Positions 9,518 through 19,937 of a stretch of 32,000 bases of DNA are shown piece after piece. Position numbers and translations under genes: made by a program. Under the pieces are notes generated by a model. That model did no database searches and had not been told where the DNA came from. It saw only the letters and a list, made by a program, of their open reading frames with translations. Every line of letters begins with the position of its first letter. Position 1 is the stretch's first letter. The stretch is taken from contig NJBF01000022.1 in NCBI GenBank assembly GCA_003144275.1, positions 40,509-72,508 of the forward strand, written 5' to 3'. The DNA comes from Candidatus Heimdallarchaeota archaeon B3_Heim. Lineage in GTDB: Archaea; Asgardarchaeota; Heimdallarchaeia; Hodarchaeales; Hodarchaeaceae.

Positions 9518-10468
9518 ATGGAAGTAGAATATCGAAAATTTCAACCAAATGAGGGATTAGAGGAGATTCAAGCCGAGATTTATGTTAATGCTCAGAAACG
9601 CATTCCAGATCGTGATTATCCAGTACCGACAGTGGAAGAAGTCGTACAGCAAATCAAAACTCGAAACGAAACTGATGCACCTGATGTCAATGCTATCAGA
9701 TATGCTCTTACAAAAGATAGTAAGCCATTAGCATATGTTCAATCACATATTACTAATCGTTATAATGCTACAGAAGTTAGTTTCCCCCATGCAATGGAAA
9801 ATTGCCCTACAGAAGTCCAAGATAAACTTTTCCAAGATGTCGTTGATTACGTTGTCGATCGTGATAAGGACAAAGGTCCTGACCATCAGATTATTGCGGG
9901 TGGAATTTATCGATCCAAGATGAAACAAGAAATCGCATTTCTTAAATCTCACAACTTCGTAGTCAATCGGAAATATCTCACCTACCGCTACAATACTGGT
10001 TCACTTGAATTAGAAGGGGAAGAAAAGTTTACTGTTCGGAAAGGAGATTTGACTGATGAAACGGATTTGGCCGCTCTTATGGAAGTTGGTAGATTGGATG
10101 AAACAGCATTAGAAGCTTTTCCAAAAGAAGAACAGCTAAAGAGATATTACGAGAACATTCAACGAAATCCTCTGAAAATTATCTTAGTTTTTGAGGGAGA
10201 TTTAATTGTTGCAGCAGGAGCAATTCGCGCCGAGGAAAATCAAGATCCCAGTGTTCAATTAACTTTCTACAGACCAGGTAAGGAATCTGCATGGAAATTG
10301 CTAATGACAAAAATTTCAAAGGAAGCATTTGATATTACTCAGAAACATTTATCAGCAACGTACGAGGCTGATTCAGGAACAGAATTCGAAATGGTTCAAG
10401 AACTCGAAAAATCTGGTCATATCGATTTTGTTTCGAAGAGTTATCGATTTAACCTGCCAAAAAATTGA
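9518..10468 (+). CDS. Hypothetical protein, probable tandem GNAT-like fold
   Basis: 316-aa ORF with two halves showing GNAT-like beta/alpha patterns (RYALTKDSKPLAYV...FLKSHNF; IILVFEGDLIVAAG). No diagnostic motif. Confidence 0.55.
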   Translation: MEVEYRKFQPNEGLEEIQAEIYVNAQKRIPDRDYPVPTVEEVVQQIKTRNETDAPDVNAIRYALTKDSKPLAYVQSHITNRYNATEVSFPHAMENCPTEVQDKLFQDVVDYVVDRDKDKGPDHQIIAGGIYRSKMKQEIAFLKSHNFVVNRKYLTYRYNTGSLELEGEEKFTVRKGDLTDETDLAALMEVGRLDETALEAFPKEEQLKRYYENIQRNPLKIILVFEGDLIVAAGAIRAEENQDPSVQLTFYRPGKESAWKLLMTKISKEAFDITQKHLSATYEADSGTEFEMVQELEKSGHIDFVSKSYRFNLPKN

Positions 10469-10519
10469 ATTTAACCAATCACTAAAGCTAGTAAGTCTAT
10501 TCCAGCATTTTTTGACTGG

Positions 10520-10543
10520 TTTTTTTCATTTTCTTTTTTTCTT
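10520..10543 (+). terminator. Oligo-T archaeal-type terminator candidate
   Basis: T-rich run about 50 nt downstream of the 9518..10468 stop. Confidence 0.35.
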
Positions 10544-10614
10544 GTTACAATAAAACAAATGAACTTATGTTCTTCTTGTTTATCATCTAATTTCTATTCT
10601 ACTTACTGTAAACT

Positions 10615-11424
10615 GTGATAGATATGACTTTTAAAATGATTGATTTAACTCAACGCTTGTCAATTCATACCCCTCCTTGGCCTAGTTATATGCCTTTACA
10701 ATTACAATATTTTAAGCGTATTGCAGGAGCACATATGGGACAAGGGGCAAATGGTCAAATAATAAAAACCAGCAATCATGTGGGCACTCACATTGATGGA
10801 GAAATCCATTTTTTTGGAGCTGGTAGAACTATAGGTCAAATGGATTTAGAAGAATTTTGTGGACCTGGTGTTGTAGTCGATTTATCTGACGTTATGACCG
10901 ACTATGATCTATATTCACCTGAAATGTTGATGGAACGTGCAGATATACAGAAAGGTGACATTTTACTAATCAAAACTGGTTATCAACGTTATTCTTGGGA
11001 TCAGCCCGAGAGTGATGAATTACGCTATTTTGTAAAACATCCTGGCCCAGATACGGATTTTCCCCAATGGGCAATTGATATGGAATTTAAGTGGATAGGG
11101 GTCGATTGTGGCTCTGCTGACCATCCAATGAATACAATTATTCGCGATTGGCATCCAAAATCGTTTATTGAAGCCGAGGAAAAACTAACAAACAAATATA
11201 ATGTAGAATCTTGGGATAATATGTTCCCACCATCCAAATTTTATCAGATCATGCATCTTGAATTGTTTCCCAAAGGAGTTATCCACGCTGAAAATCTTTG
11301 GATCCCAGATGATCCTGGCCTGACAAATAAAAGGACATGGGTTGGTTGCTTCCCGCTTCGTGGGATAGAATTAGAATCTTCTATGTGTAGAATTGTCGCA
11401 TTCCCCGATGTGCCTTTGAAATAA
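10615..11424 (+). CDS. Cyclase-family (kynurenine formamidase-like) metal-dependent hydrolase
   Basis: MIDLTQ...PPWP, HVGTHIDGEIHF (HxGTHxD), IGVDCGSADHP and IHAENL motifs. The start may be ATG 10624 or 10636. Confidence 0.87.
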   Translation: MIDMTFKMIDLTQRLSIHTPPWPSYMPLQLQYFKRIAGAHMGQGANGQIIKTSNHVGTHIDGEIHFFGAGRTIGQMDLEEFCGPGVVVDLSDVMTDYDLYSPEMLMERADIQKGDILLIKTGYQRYSWDQPESDELRYFVKHPGPDTDFPQWAIDMEFKWIGVDCGSADHPMNTIIRDWHPKSFIEAEEKLTNKYNVESWDNMFPPSKFYQIMHLELFPKGVIHAENLWIPDDPGLTNKRTWVGCFPLRGIELESSMCRIVAFPDVPLK

Positions 11425-11433
11425 TTCTACTCG

Positions 11434-11453
11434 TTTCCTTCTTTCTTTTTTTT
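11434..11453 (+). terminator. Oligo-T terminator candidate
   Basis: tttccttctttctttttttt, 10 nt after the stop of the cyclase gene. Confidence 0.45.
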
Positions 11454-11592
11454 GTATTAAACTCAATTATTTTTCTTTTCTGCTTTTTTCTTCGACCTCT
11501 CTATAAGTAGAAATAGCTGTACTATCTCCAAAAAAACTATATTCGGTTAAGTGTTCTTCATTATATAACCCACTAATGGAAGAAAATTGCAT

Positions 11593-12060
11593 ATGGAACG
11601 TGTTGAATTCTTTAAAAAGCAAATACAACTTGAAAATGAGATCGTTGAATCTGCCCATGCGGCAGTTAAAGAACTTAAGAATAATATGGTGAAAGAATTG
11701 ATTGAGGGAATAGCTAGTGATTCTACTAAGCATGCCTCATTATTGACTTCTTTAATCGCAGCTGAAACGGGTTCTAATCCACTAATTGATGAAAAAGTAA
11801 CTGATCAATTGAAAAAGAATTTAGAAGATCATATTAGACTAGAACAACAAGCTATCGAAACATATAAAGAATTACTTAAAACTCTTAAAGGAGAAAGTGA
11901 AACTCTGATCATCAAGTATATCCTTAATGATGAAGTACGGCATCACGCTCTTTTAAAGAAGATTCATAAAATAATTGTAGAAAAAGAAACCCTCACGGAA
12001 CAGGATCTCTGGGATCTCACATGGAAGGATTCCATTTCGCATGGTTCCCCTGGGGGATGA
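11593..12060 (+). CDS. Ferritin-like (rubrerythrin-type four-helix bundle) protein
   Basis: Di-iron-type motifs LENE, DSTKH, HIRLEQQAIETY and DEVRHH. ATG at 11593 follows the TTG at 11587. Confidence 0.75.
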   Translation: MERVEFFKKQIQLENEIVESAHAAVKELKNNMVKELIEGIASDSTKHASLLTSLIAAETGSNPLIDEKVTDQLKKNLEDHIRLEQQAIETYKELLKTLKGESETLIIKYILNDEVRHHALLKKIHKIIVEKETLTEQDLWDLTWKDSISHGSPGG

Positions 12061-12129
12061 ATTTTAAATTTTCTTTTTTGCGTACCATTCTCTAAACTAC
12101 ACCAAGAGCTCCTAGAGGTGTTCTAACCC

Positions 12130-15100
12130 CTAGTGGAAACGGAAATGAACTTGGGGTAATGAGATTACTCCTCGCTCGGTCAATCGTACACCACATATTG
12201 GACACTCGTTCCTAATCTTAACACTCTGAAGTAAGTGACGGCGATGAAAAAAGCTGGAACATTGCGTACATTCAACTAAATCAACATCGGTCGTTGTTAC
12301 GACACTTTTAAGGCAAATTGCGCATGTTAGTCGTTGCGTACAGAATCCACAATTTTTTTGTTTCTCTAAAACAGGATTATTACATTTAGGGCAATTAGAT
12401 TGATAACTAGATTGTTTAGGTAATTCTGTAGTTGTTTTAAGAGTACTTTTATAGATTTCTTTAAGACCTGAACTCCACATGTGGAATATTGTCTGTGGGG
12501 AATCAATCTCGAAGCGTTTGATAAATTTGTTTATTGCCAGAGAATATTCTAGTTCGAATTCTCCCTGTTCAGGTAGCTCCATGAGAAATGGTAAATTTAT
12601 CCATGAACAGTACTCTCCTATTAACGGTAGAATAGCGCGTTTTATCTCAGCTCTTTGTGATTGTTGATATAGAGAGATGTAGTATTTTTCTGGCTCAGAA
12701 GGTGGTCTTTTAGCAAATCGGGTTGTTAACGCGCTAATAGTAGAATCTTCAGAGATATTAATTGAAGGATCTGAAAGGACGTAATCTAATGAGTCTTGAG
12801 GCAGTTTAGTAAAATATGCACTGAGTAAGGACTCACGTACAGATAAATGCGAGTCATTTAATATGGTCAATATTCTAATATCGTCCTCTATTGATCTTCC
12901 TACAGCTTGCTTTATGAGAGCTGATAAAAGAGCTTGACCTTCATCTGAGAATTTTTTTGTCTGATCATTAGTAATAATATCTCGAATCAGCTTATAATCA
13001 TTTGTTGGCCCTCTGAGACGTGAGAGACATTGATCAACAAGAACTGGTCTTAAACTTTTTGTTTTCAGACCTGGGATAATATATTTGAGTAAGATACCAA
13101 ATTTCTTTTCTGATAATTTATTGGTATAGTTCCCAACAGAGATTGCAAGGGAGGAAAGATTGTGATCATCAATATTCTCAATAGTTACTCTTGGATATTT
13201 ACCAATTATTTGGTTAAAGAGGTTTTCAACGAACAATCTCAAATTTACATCAGTATTAAGCTTGGTAAGACGAATTAATACAAGATACAGGAGTTTTTTC
13301 GGGTTTAAGTCAAGAATTGATAGAATTAACGGTTCGATATTCTTATGATTCAACAATGCAGGGTCCCGAATTGAGAGTATTGCATAGAGCATCTGGCTAC
13401 TCTTGGTTGAAAAATCGGGGATGATATATTTCTGGATGTAGGAAGAATGATTCCTTGGTAATGATATGACAATCTCCCCTAAAATTGGTATACTCTTATT
13501 AAATACATGTTTTATTAAGATCTTATATTTAGGTAAGCTTTTACTTGATATAGAGGAGATATTTTGCCAGAATTTCACGATGTCGATGTCAATAAGTTTC
13601 TTTGTAATTTTCAATAACGTCTCTGTATTTTTTTTGGTTTTTTTTTCAAATTTGTTCAAAAATAGAGGTAATACTTCATTTGGACGAAGTAAAAATACTC
13701 TTTCCCATGAGGTGATTAGAGTTTTTTCGAATCCTACTCTAGAAACGAGTTTTTCAATATCAGTATTACTCAGTTCACTAGCAATAATATTCATAGGAAA
13801 CGAAATTTTACTACTAATTTGTATTATTTCATCAAAATGATCCTTAAAGTGGATCTTCAGATAGCTAGCTAAGCTGGTATAGACTGTTGACTCAATAGGT
13901 TGAGAAGTAGTGAGTAATGGAAGAAAATAATTAAAATTTTGGTATAAATAACCAATATGAGAAATATATTTATTTTTTATTAAGTAATTGCTGATATTAC
14001 CCACTGTTTTTGCATCAAAACTTTCTAGAAGTCGAGATACTCGTTTTCTTCTAGTGTAATATTGTTGTTGGATGATTTGCTCTATTAACTTTTTCCATTG
14101 AGTTGTTTTTAGGGAATTGAGTGAAGGACGGAGTATGTTCTGAATATTTGTATCTTTGGTTTGAAAATAAGAATCGATTACTCGTTTTATATCGAGTGTA
14201 GAGTAATTCTGAAATTCTGAAGTAAAGAATTGTGCATATTTGTTTAGATCCTTTTCGAGAAGTGTGAGAAGGAAAAAAAGATAGTCAATTCCGTGAGAGT
14301 CTTTTTGTGCATCTAAATATTTCAATATTGATGATGCGCTTGTAAACAGTAAAGATTCAAGTGTATCAGATAGGAAAGAAATTTCTTTTTCAGTTTCATG
14401 ACGGGTAATTTGAGAAAAGTAGGCGATAATTAATGGGTTTGTTTGTGTTTGTTGTTTAAGAGAGACTGCATTTAAAATTGCACCATTCGTTAGGTTTTTT
14501 GATACAAGCCATTCAATAAATTGTTGCTGTGCTTTATTGGAAGAATTACTGAACCTATGAATCAGAAAAGTAAGCTCCTCACGTGAACTATCAAATATTT
14601 TTAAAAAGATCGGTATCTTTTGAGGAGAAATCTTATTTGGTAGATTTTCGGATGAGCAAGCATTAATTAAATTGTCTTTAGAAACTTCTCGAAAAAGTGG
14701 GAGTATTAGATCAGTGGGTTGTTTCATGTAGCTCTGTAAGATAAGATATAATACTCTAACATCACATTTTACCCAAAGGATTAATAATTCAATAAGATCC
14801 ATATTTTTATTCTTAACTGCCGTTCTATAAGCTTCTTCACTTAATTTCGGATTAAACTGACCCAGTATTCCTTTGGTTATCGATTTATTACACATTCCCC
14901 AGTTCTCAATTAACTTGTTTAAGAACATCTCCTGTACCTCCATTTCAAGTGCAAGTATTGAATCAAGAAATGCTGTGTTTGTAAATACGCTTAATAAATG
15001 ATTAAATCGGTCTGGGTTCAACTCATCAAGATGATTCAAAATATGTGCTAAGCTTTGAGGTAATAATTGTTCAAAACCATATATCATCTGTTTAGTTTCA

Positions 15101-15288
15101 TTATTTTCCCGAAAATTATCGAAAAAAATTCTTATGGCGTGATCAGGACTCTCCTTTACTAGATTATTGATTTTCTTTTTCCATATAAACGGTACTCGTC
15201 CAAAAGAAATCTTTTCATAATCAGATTTTTCCATTGCAGTCATTAGTCCTGATATCACTATGAAGTCTGGGTAATCATTTGTACTCAA
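12130..15288 (-). CDS. Large helical (alpha-solenoid-like) protein with C-terminal C4 zinc ribbon + RING-type domain
   Basis: About 970 aa of Leu/Ile-rich amphipathic sequence, then CPKC-x10-CGFC-x5-CAIC-x14-CTQC-x4-H-x2-H-x10-CPIC (12193..12393). Start is TTG 15288 or ATG 15243. Confidence 0.75.
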   Translation of the reverse strand: MSTNDYPDFIVISGLMTAMEKSDYEKISFGRVPFIWKKKINNLVKESPDHAIRIFFDNFRENNETKQMIYGFEQLLPQSLAHILNHLDELNPDRFNHLLSVFTNTAFLDSILALEMEVQEMFLNKLIENWGMCNKSITKGILGQFNPKLSEEAYRTAVKNKNMDLIELLILWVKCDVRVLYLILQSYMKQPTDLILPLFREVSKDNLINACSSENLPNKISPQKIPIFLKIFDSSREELTFLIHRFSNSSNKAQQQFIEWLVSKNLTNGAILNAVSLKQQTQTNPLIIAYFSQITRHETEKEISFLSDTLESLLFTSASSILKYLDAQKDSHGIDYLFFLLTLLEKDLNKYAQFFTSEFQNYSTLDIKRVIDSYFQTKDTNIQNILRPSLNSLKTTQWKKLIEQIIQQQYYTRRKRVSRLLESFDAKTVGNISNYLIKNKYISHIGYLYQNFNYFLPLLTTSQPIESTVYTSLASYLKIHFKDHFDEIIQISSKISFPMNIIASELSNTDIEKLVSRVGFEKTLITSWERVFLLRPNEVLPLFLNKFEKKTKKNTETLLKITKKLIDIDIVKFWQNISSISSKSLPKYKILIKHVFNKSIPILGEIVISLPRNHSSYIQKYIIPDFSTKSSQMLYAILSIRDPALLNHKNIEPLILSILDLNPKKLLYLVLIRLTKLNTDVNLRLFVENLFNQIIGKYPRVTIENIDDHNLSSLAISVGNYTNKLSEKKFGILLKYIIPGLKTKSLRPVLVDQCLSRLRGPTNDYKLIRDIITNDQTKKFSDEGQALLSALIKQAVGRSIEDDIRILTILNDSHLSVRESLLSAYFTKLPQDSLDYVLSDPSINISEDSTISALTTRFAKRPPSEPEKYYISLYQQSQRAEIKRAILPLIGEYCSWINLPFLMELPEQGEFELEYSLAINKFIKRFEIDSPQTIFHMWSSGLKEIYKSTLKTTTELPKQSSYQSNCPKCNNPVLEKQKNCGFCTQRLTCAICLKSVVTTTDVDLVECTQCSSFFHRRHLLQSVKIRNECPICGVRLTERGVISLPQVHFRFH

Positions 15289-15648
15289 AAAGTTAGCGAT
15301 ATAGGGTTGTTAATAATAAGTTATTATACTTGTGTATTTCGAGGCAATATTAGAGATGTCTACGGGCTCTTTTATGCTAATGGTATATAAATTAAACACA
15401 TTTATTCATAAAAGTCTTTCTTCTAGTTTGATAATGTATTACAAGCTATTAAACTTAACAAGAATTCAAAAAGAGGATTGGGAATATACCGTGACATCCT
15501 GAAGAGATTCTGGAAAGGATTATGGTTAAGCTATTCACTTAGTTAGATGATGCAAAATTGTTAAAAGCAACCCATCTTTCTTTTTTCAATGTATTCGAAA
15601 TTTTATAGATACGTTCCATTCAAACACATGATTGTGAAGGATTAAATA

Positions 15649-16035
15649 ATGTCAAACGATAAACAACAACCAAATTGGCTGTTTAACCGATATAACACAA
15701 GCCAAGGAATCATTCGCCAACTTACGAAAGGAATGAGTGCGCAAATATTTGTAGGTGATAATTCAATGCTATCTATAGCACGCTTAGAACCACACACACA
15801 AGGAGAACTTCATAGTCACCCCGAAGAGCAATGGGGATTTTTATTAGAAGGAGAATGTGTTCGGATCCAGGAGGGTAAAGGAATACATGTAAGTATGGGT
15901 GATTTTTGGCATACACCAAGCAATGTTCAACATGGGATTCGTTCAGAAGAACAAGCAGCAGTTGTGTTAGACTTTTTCAGTCCGCCACGCCCTGAATACC
16001 GTGAAGTAGGTAAAGGATTCGGAATAGCAAAGTAG
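15649..16035 (+). CDS. Cupin domain protein
   Basis: Cupin metal motifs HSHPEEQWG and PSNVQHG; DFFSPPRPEY. Confidence 0.88.
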   Translation: MSNDKQQPNWLFNRYNTSQGIIRQLTKGMSAQIFVGDNSMLSIARLEPHTQGELHSHPEEQWGFLLEGECVRIQEGKGIHVSMGDFWHTPSNVQHGIRSEEQAAVVLDFFSPPRPEYREVGKGFGIAK

Positions 16036-16238
16036 AGTACTCAAATAATTGTAGGAAAGACGAATTGAAAGGATAGAATTCGAAAATATTTTCTGTTTTT
16101 CCTCTAAATCAATCGTACTTGTGAAATTATTTCAACTATCGAAGAATATCCCAATGGTACTCTTCAAGTCTTGGATATAGCTTACGATGAATAATGGATT
16201 CCAATTATCTGGTTTTCATTGGAAAAAAAGGAAAGGAG

Positions 16239-18011
16239 TTAGGAACGTTTTTCAACGATTTCCTTGAACTCAGCTAATAAACCGTTTAAATAATCAAAGC
16301 CTGCTTGCCAAAACTCTTCTTTTCGAATGTCTAAACCAACTGAAGCAGCTAGATCAATAGGAAATTGAGATCCGCCTGCTTCAAGAATGCTCTTTAACTT
16401 CGGGATAAAAAGACTACCTTCTTCAAGATATTTCTGATATAAACCAAGTACAAATAACATACCAAAAGAGTAAGCATAGCAATAGTAGCGGGTGAAGAGG
16501 AAATGCGGGATTGATGCCCAATTAGCGCTCTGTTCGGGAAGAAAATTTACAGAGTCGCCATACGCCTCCTTTACATGTTTGTCCCAGATATCACTCATCT
16601 CTTGGAACGAGAGAGTTTGTTTCGCGCCCTTTAGATGACATTCTTTTTCAAAGAAAATATACATTGTTTGTCTGGAAATTGTTCCTATGGCATCTTCAAG
16701 TTGATTTACAAGCAGGGTGAGTTTGCTATCTTCGTCATTCATCGTTTTAAGAAGCTTTGAGGTAAGAATTTGCTCACCAAATACGGAAGCTGTTTCAGCA
16801 ACCACTAGTGGAGGATGATAGTTAAACAAGGTTTGTTTGCGAGCTGAAAACATATCATGTAGTGCATGTCCCATTTCATGGGCTAGTGTCGCTACTCCGT
16901 CAGATGTTCCATCAAATGACATATGAATAACTGGCATTAAGGCTGGTGTTAGACCTGCGCAAAAAGCTCCAGTTCTTTTTCCTTGACGAATTTCTGAATC
17001 GATAAGATCCTTATCGAAAAGTATTTGAGCCATTTGACCAATTTCGGTATCAAAATCGTTATAGGCGCCAAGAACTGCTTCTTCAGCTTCTTTCCAAGAG
17101 TATTTGGTCACTTTAGTGATTGGTGCATAGAGATCTGACCCTTTAATTGAGGTTCCTTGTCCCATCAACTTGGCTTTTGTCTTATAATACTCTTGGATGA
17201 GGGTATAGTTCTTTTTCACCACAGACATCATCGTCTCTACAATATCTTCATCGGTTTGGTTACGAATATGAGCTATAGTCATTGATGAAGGATATTTACG
17301 TAGATCAACATTTTGACCATGATCCTTCCAAATATTGTTGTAGCAGTGTGAGATCGCAATGGAGTCATCAATATATTTTTGATAATAAGTCTTAAAAACG
17401 TTCTCTCGGGTAATAGGATTCGCATCTCGAAATTTAGGACGAATATCCCCTTGTGAAAGGATTTTCTTCTCCCCTTCAAGTTCTACCTCAAATTTAAAAT
17501 CGGCTGTATACTCCTCATAGAATTTCACCCATGCACTAGCACTAACTAGTGCTTTCTGGTTTATAATCTGTTCTACAGATTCCGATAACTGATAGGGTTC
17601 TCTTAAACGTAATACCTGTAAATAATGATGATAGTTAGCCATTTTTGGATCATCTAGAAATTTGACAAAAGTCTCTGGATTCATTTTATTAATCTCTAAA
17701 TTGATCCAAATGAGTTTATTTCCAATTTCAACATTTTTTTGTTGTATTTTTGCGAAGAGAGCTTTGAAATTGTCATTTGTTGTTTCCTGTGAGAATAAGA
17801 GTGACCCATATGATCCACATTGTACTAAGTATGTTCCTATTTTTTCATGTTGCTGAAGAAAAGATGTAAACTCTGAGGAAGATAGGGTAGCAAGTTTATT
17901 CCGATATTTAGCTAGATCTTCTGCTAGCTGATTAGCTTTTTCTAGATCCTCATTAATTTGGGGATCGTCATATCCTTTGTAGACAAAAGTTAAGTCCCAT
18001 GTAGTTGTCAT
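16239..18011 (-). CDS. pepF: Oligoendopeptidase F (peptidase M3B)
   Basis: TWDLTFVY, GKRTGAFC, zinc motif TLAHEMGHALH, AETASVFGE and WASIPHF...YYCYAYSFG. Confidence 0.92.
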   Translation of the reverse strand: MTTTWDLTFVYKGYDDPQINEDLEKANQLAEDLAKYRNKLATLSSSEFTSFLQQHEKIGTYLVQCGSYGSLLFSQETTNDNFKALFAKIQQKNVEIGNKLIWINLEINKMNPETFVKFLDDPKMANYHHYLQVLRLREPYQLSESVEQIINQKALVSASAWVKFYEEYTADFKFEVELEGEKKILSQGDIRPKFRDANPITRENVFKTYYQKYIDDSIAISHCYNNIWKDHGQNVDLRKYPSSMTIAHIRNQTDEDIVETMMSVVKKNYTLIQEYYKTKAKLMGQGTSIKGSDLYAPITKVTKYSWKEAEEAVLGAYNDFDTEIGQMAQILFDKDLIDSEIRQGKRTGAFCAGLTPALMPVIHMSFDGTSDGVATLAHEMGHALHDMFSARKQTLFNYHPPLVVAETASVFGEQILTSKLLKTMNDEDSKLTLLVNQLEDAIGTISRQTMYIFFEKECHLKGAKQTLSFQEMSDIWDKHVKEAYGDSVNFLPEQSANWASIPHFLFTRYYCYAYSFGMLFVLGLYQKYLEEGSLFIPKLKSILEAGGSQFPIDLAASVGLDIRKEEFWQAGFDYLNGLLAEFKEIVEKRS

Positions 18012-18423
18012 TTTCCTTATTATCCTTTTATAATTGATTAGCAGACAGTTTAAAAGAAATTCTCACAATTTTAATTATCCATTGGCTTTGAAGAACAGAA
18101 CTCGTGCTTACACCATATTTCTTCAGTTTCAAAAATCGTAATTAGTGACAAAACGATAGTCACATTTGCTGACTAGAATTCGTGTAAAGTACAAACACTC
18201 GTGTTTTTAAAAGTTAAAATTGAACTCAAGGTTGGAAATGAAAGAACTCACTTCAAATGGTCGATTGGAACCTTTAAACAAATTATAGGATGAATTGTAA
18301 TTAAAATATCGGACTTAATTCTTATAAGTGTGTTTTTGACTCAAAGAATCTTAATTATCAGATAGCTAAAGATGAGAATTGATCAACAGCTATGAAAATT
18401 ATGATTGAAGAAAGTGAAGAGAA

Positions 18424-19695
18424 ATGAAAACACAATTACTCGAAGATGAAGTATTATCAGCGATGAGCTTGAGTCGGCAGTATGGAATATTTAATGCCAA
18501 TTTAATGATGTTATTATCGGATGAGGATAAAGAATTCATTGAGAATATCCAGAATATCTGTTTAGAAAAGGAAGAAGAGATTGGGGGAACTCCTGGGCAT
18601 AATAAGTTGGATGTTTATGAGTTATTCCCTTGGGCTGGAAGCCACGGGCTTATTAACCGAAGCGTTGAATATCCCCATCGTGATGATTTGGAAATTGGGC
18701 TGAAGCCTGAGATTTTAAGACAATGGACATTGGATATTTTTAACCCCCAGTTAAGTTTCGCCTTCGGAGCTTCAGTTCTTGCAATAAATCCTATTGCTCA
18801 CCATAACGAAGGTAAAGAACCTCTTTTGAACGATTTAAAGGGTTTACTTGATGGGAAGAAAATTGGATGTATTGGTATTACTGAACCCTTACAAGGATCT
18901 GATGCCGTTAATATGAAAGTGAAGGCAGAAAAAGTTTCTGATGGAATCGTAATTAATGGAGAAAAATGCTATACAACCAATAGTCCTAAAGCTGATCTAT
19001 GTGTAGTTTATGCCGTTTACAATCCAGAAGATCCAAGGAGCACTATGATTCAAGGAGTTTCACATAAAGACTGGAATGCTGGCTTTAAAGCTGAAAGAAT
19101 CGGTATTCCCTCCGTTAGTAAAATTCATATTGGAAAAACTATATTTGAAGATGCACACATCCCAACCGATTATATCACAGGGGATAATGGTGCTGGTTAT
19201 GATATCCTCTTCGAAGGTTTAGTACCAGAACGTATTGGGATAGCAGCTCAGTGTGTAGGGAACATGTGGGGTGCTTTTACACTTGCGTCTATCTATTCAA
19301 CAGTACGAGAACAATTTGGCGAGAAAATTTTACGGCATCAAGCAGTAGGAATGTCTGTAATAGCAAAGTATCACGCTAGATTGAATGTCGCTACAATGGC
19401 ATTATTAAAACTAGCAGAGACATATGATGCTAAAAAGGAAGAATTGGCCGATATTCCTCCAACTATGAATCCGTTGGTCGCTACTGCGTCACATATGAAA
19501 GAATATTGTTCATTTTTGAACCATGAGTTATGTTATGAGCTTATGCATGCAATGGGCGGAACTGGTGTCACCGATCAGACAAAAATGCCTCTTTATCAAG
19601 GACTTTCCGAAATATCAGAGGTTGTGGGTGGAACCAGAAACGTTCAACTCCTCATTGGTTCCCGAACAATTAATACTATGGTTAAAATGGCATAA
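18424..19695 (+). CDS. Acyl-CoA dehydrogenase family protein
   Basis: GITEPLQGSDA, INGEKCYTTN, ERIGIAAQCVG, REQFGEKI, HAMGGTG and EVVGGTRNVQ. Confidence 0.88.
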   Translation: MKTQLLEDEVLSAMSLSRQYGIFNANLMMLLSDEDKEFIENIQNICLEKEEEIGGTPGHNKLDVYELFPWAGSHGLINRSVEYPHRDDLEIGLKPEILRQWTLDIFNPQLSFAFGASVLAINPIAHHNEGKEPLLNDLKGLLDGKKIGCIGITEPLQGSDAVNMKVKAEKVSDGIVINGEKCYTTNSPKADLCVVYAVYNPEDPRSTMIQGVSHKDWNAGFKAERIGIPSVSKIHIGKTIFEDAHIPTDYITGDNGAGYDILFEGLVPERIGIAAQCVGNMWGAFTLASIYSTVREQFGEKILRHQAVGMSVIAKYHARLNVATMALLKLAETYDAKKEELADIPPTMNPLVATASHMKEYCSFLNHELCYELMHAMGGTGVTDQTKMPLYQGLSEISEVVGGTRNVQLLIGSRTINTMVKMA

Positions 19696-19697
19696 GA

Positions 19698-19737
19698 TTT
19701 CCCCCATTTTCCCTTTTTTTCCTTTCTTTTTTCTTTT
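19698..19737 (+). terminator. Pyrimidine/oligo-T terminator candidate
   Basis: Long T/C run immediately after the acyl-CoA dehydrogenase stop. Confidence 0.45.
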
Positions 19738-19937
19738 CAAATTCAAAATCTTTTGTTTAACTTTTATCGTTTCCATCTTTGTTGATTTTAGCAGTAATTA
19801 AGTAGAATGAAGACAAAAAATTATGTCCTGCGGATATTTTGTCGAGAATTATTTATTATTAGTTGAGCCTTTATTTTTCATGTAGAATTTCCCTGAATAA
19901 GGCGATAACTGGGATAAATTCTCTAGGTGTCTGGCGG

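Noticed and set aside
15289-15648. Possible small ORFs in the divergent gap (e.g. MYYKLLNLTRIQKEDWEYTVTS)
   Set aside because: Short, no convincing start or SD, no motif, and the region more likely holds two promoters.
18193-18206. Palindrome AAACAC-TC-GTGTTT upstream of the acyl-CoA dehydrogenase
   Set aside because: A 6-bp AT-rich arm with a single occurrence and no adjacent regulator is expected by chance in a 400-nt AT-rich gap.
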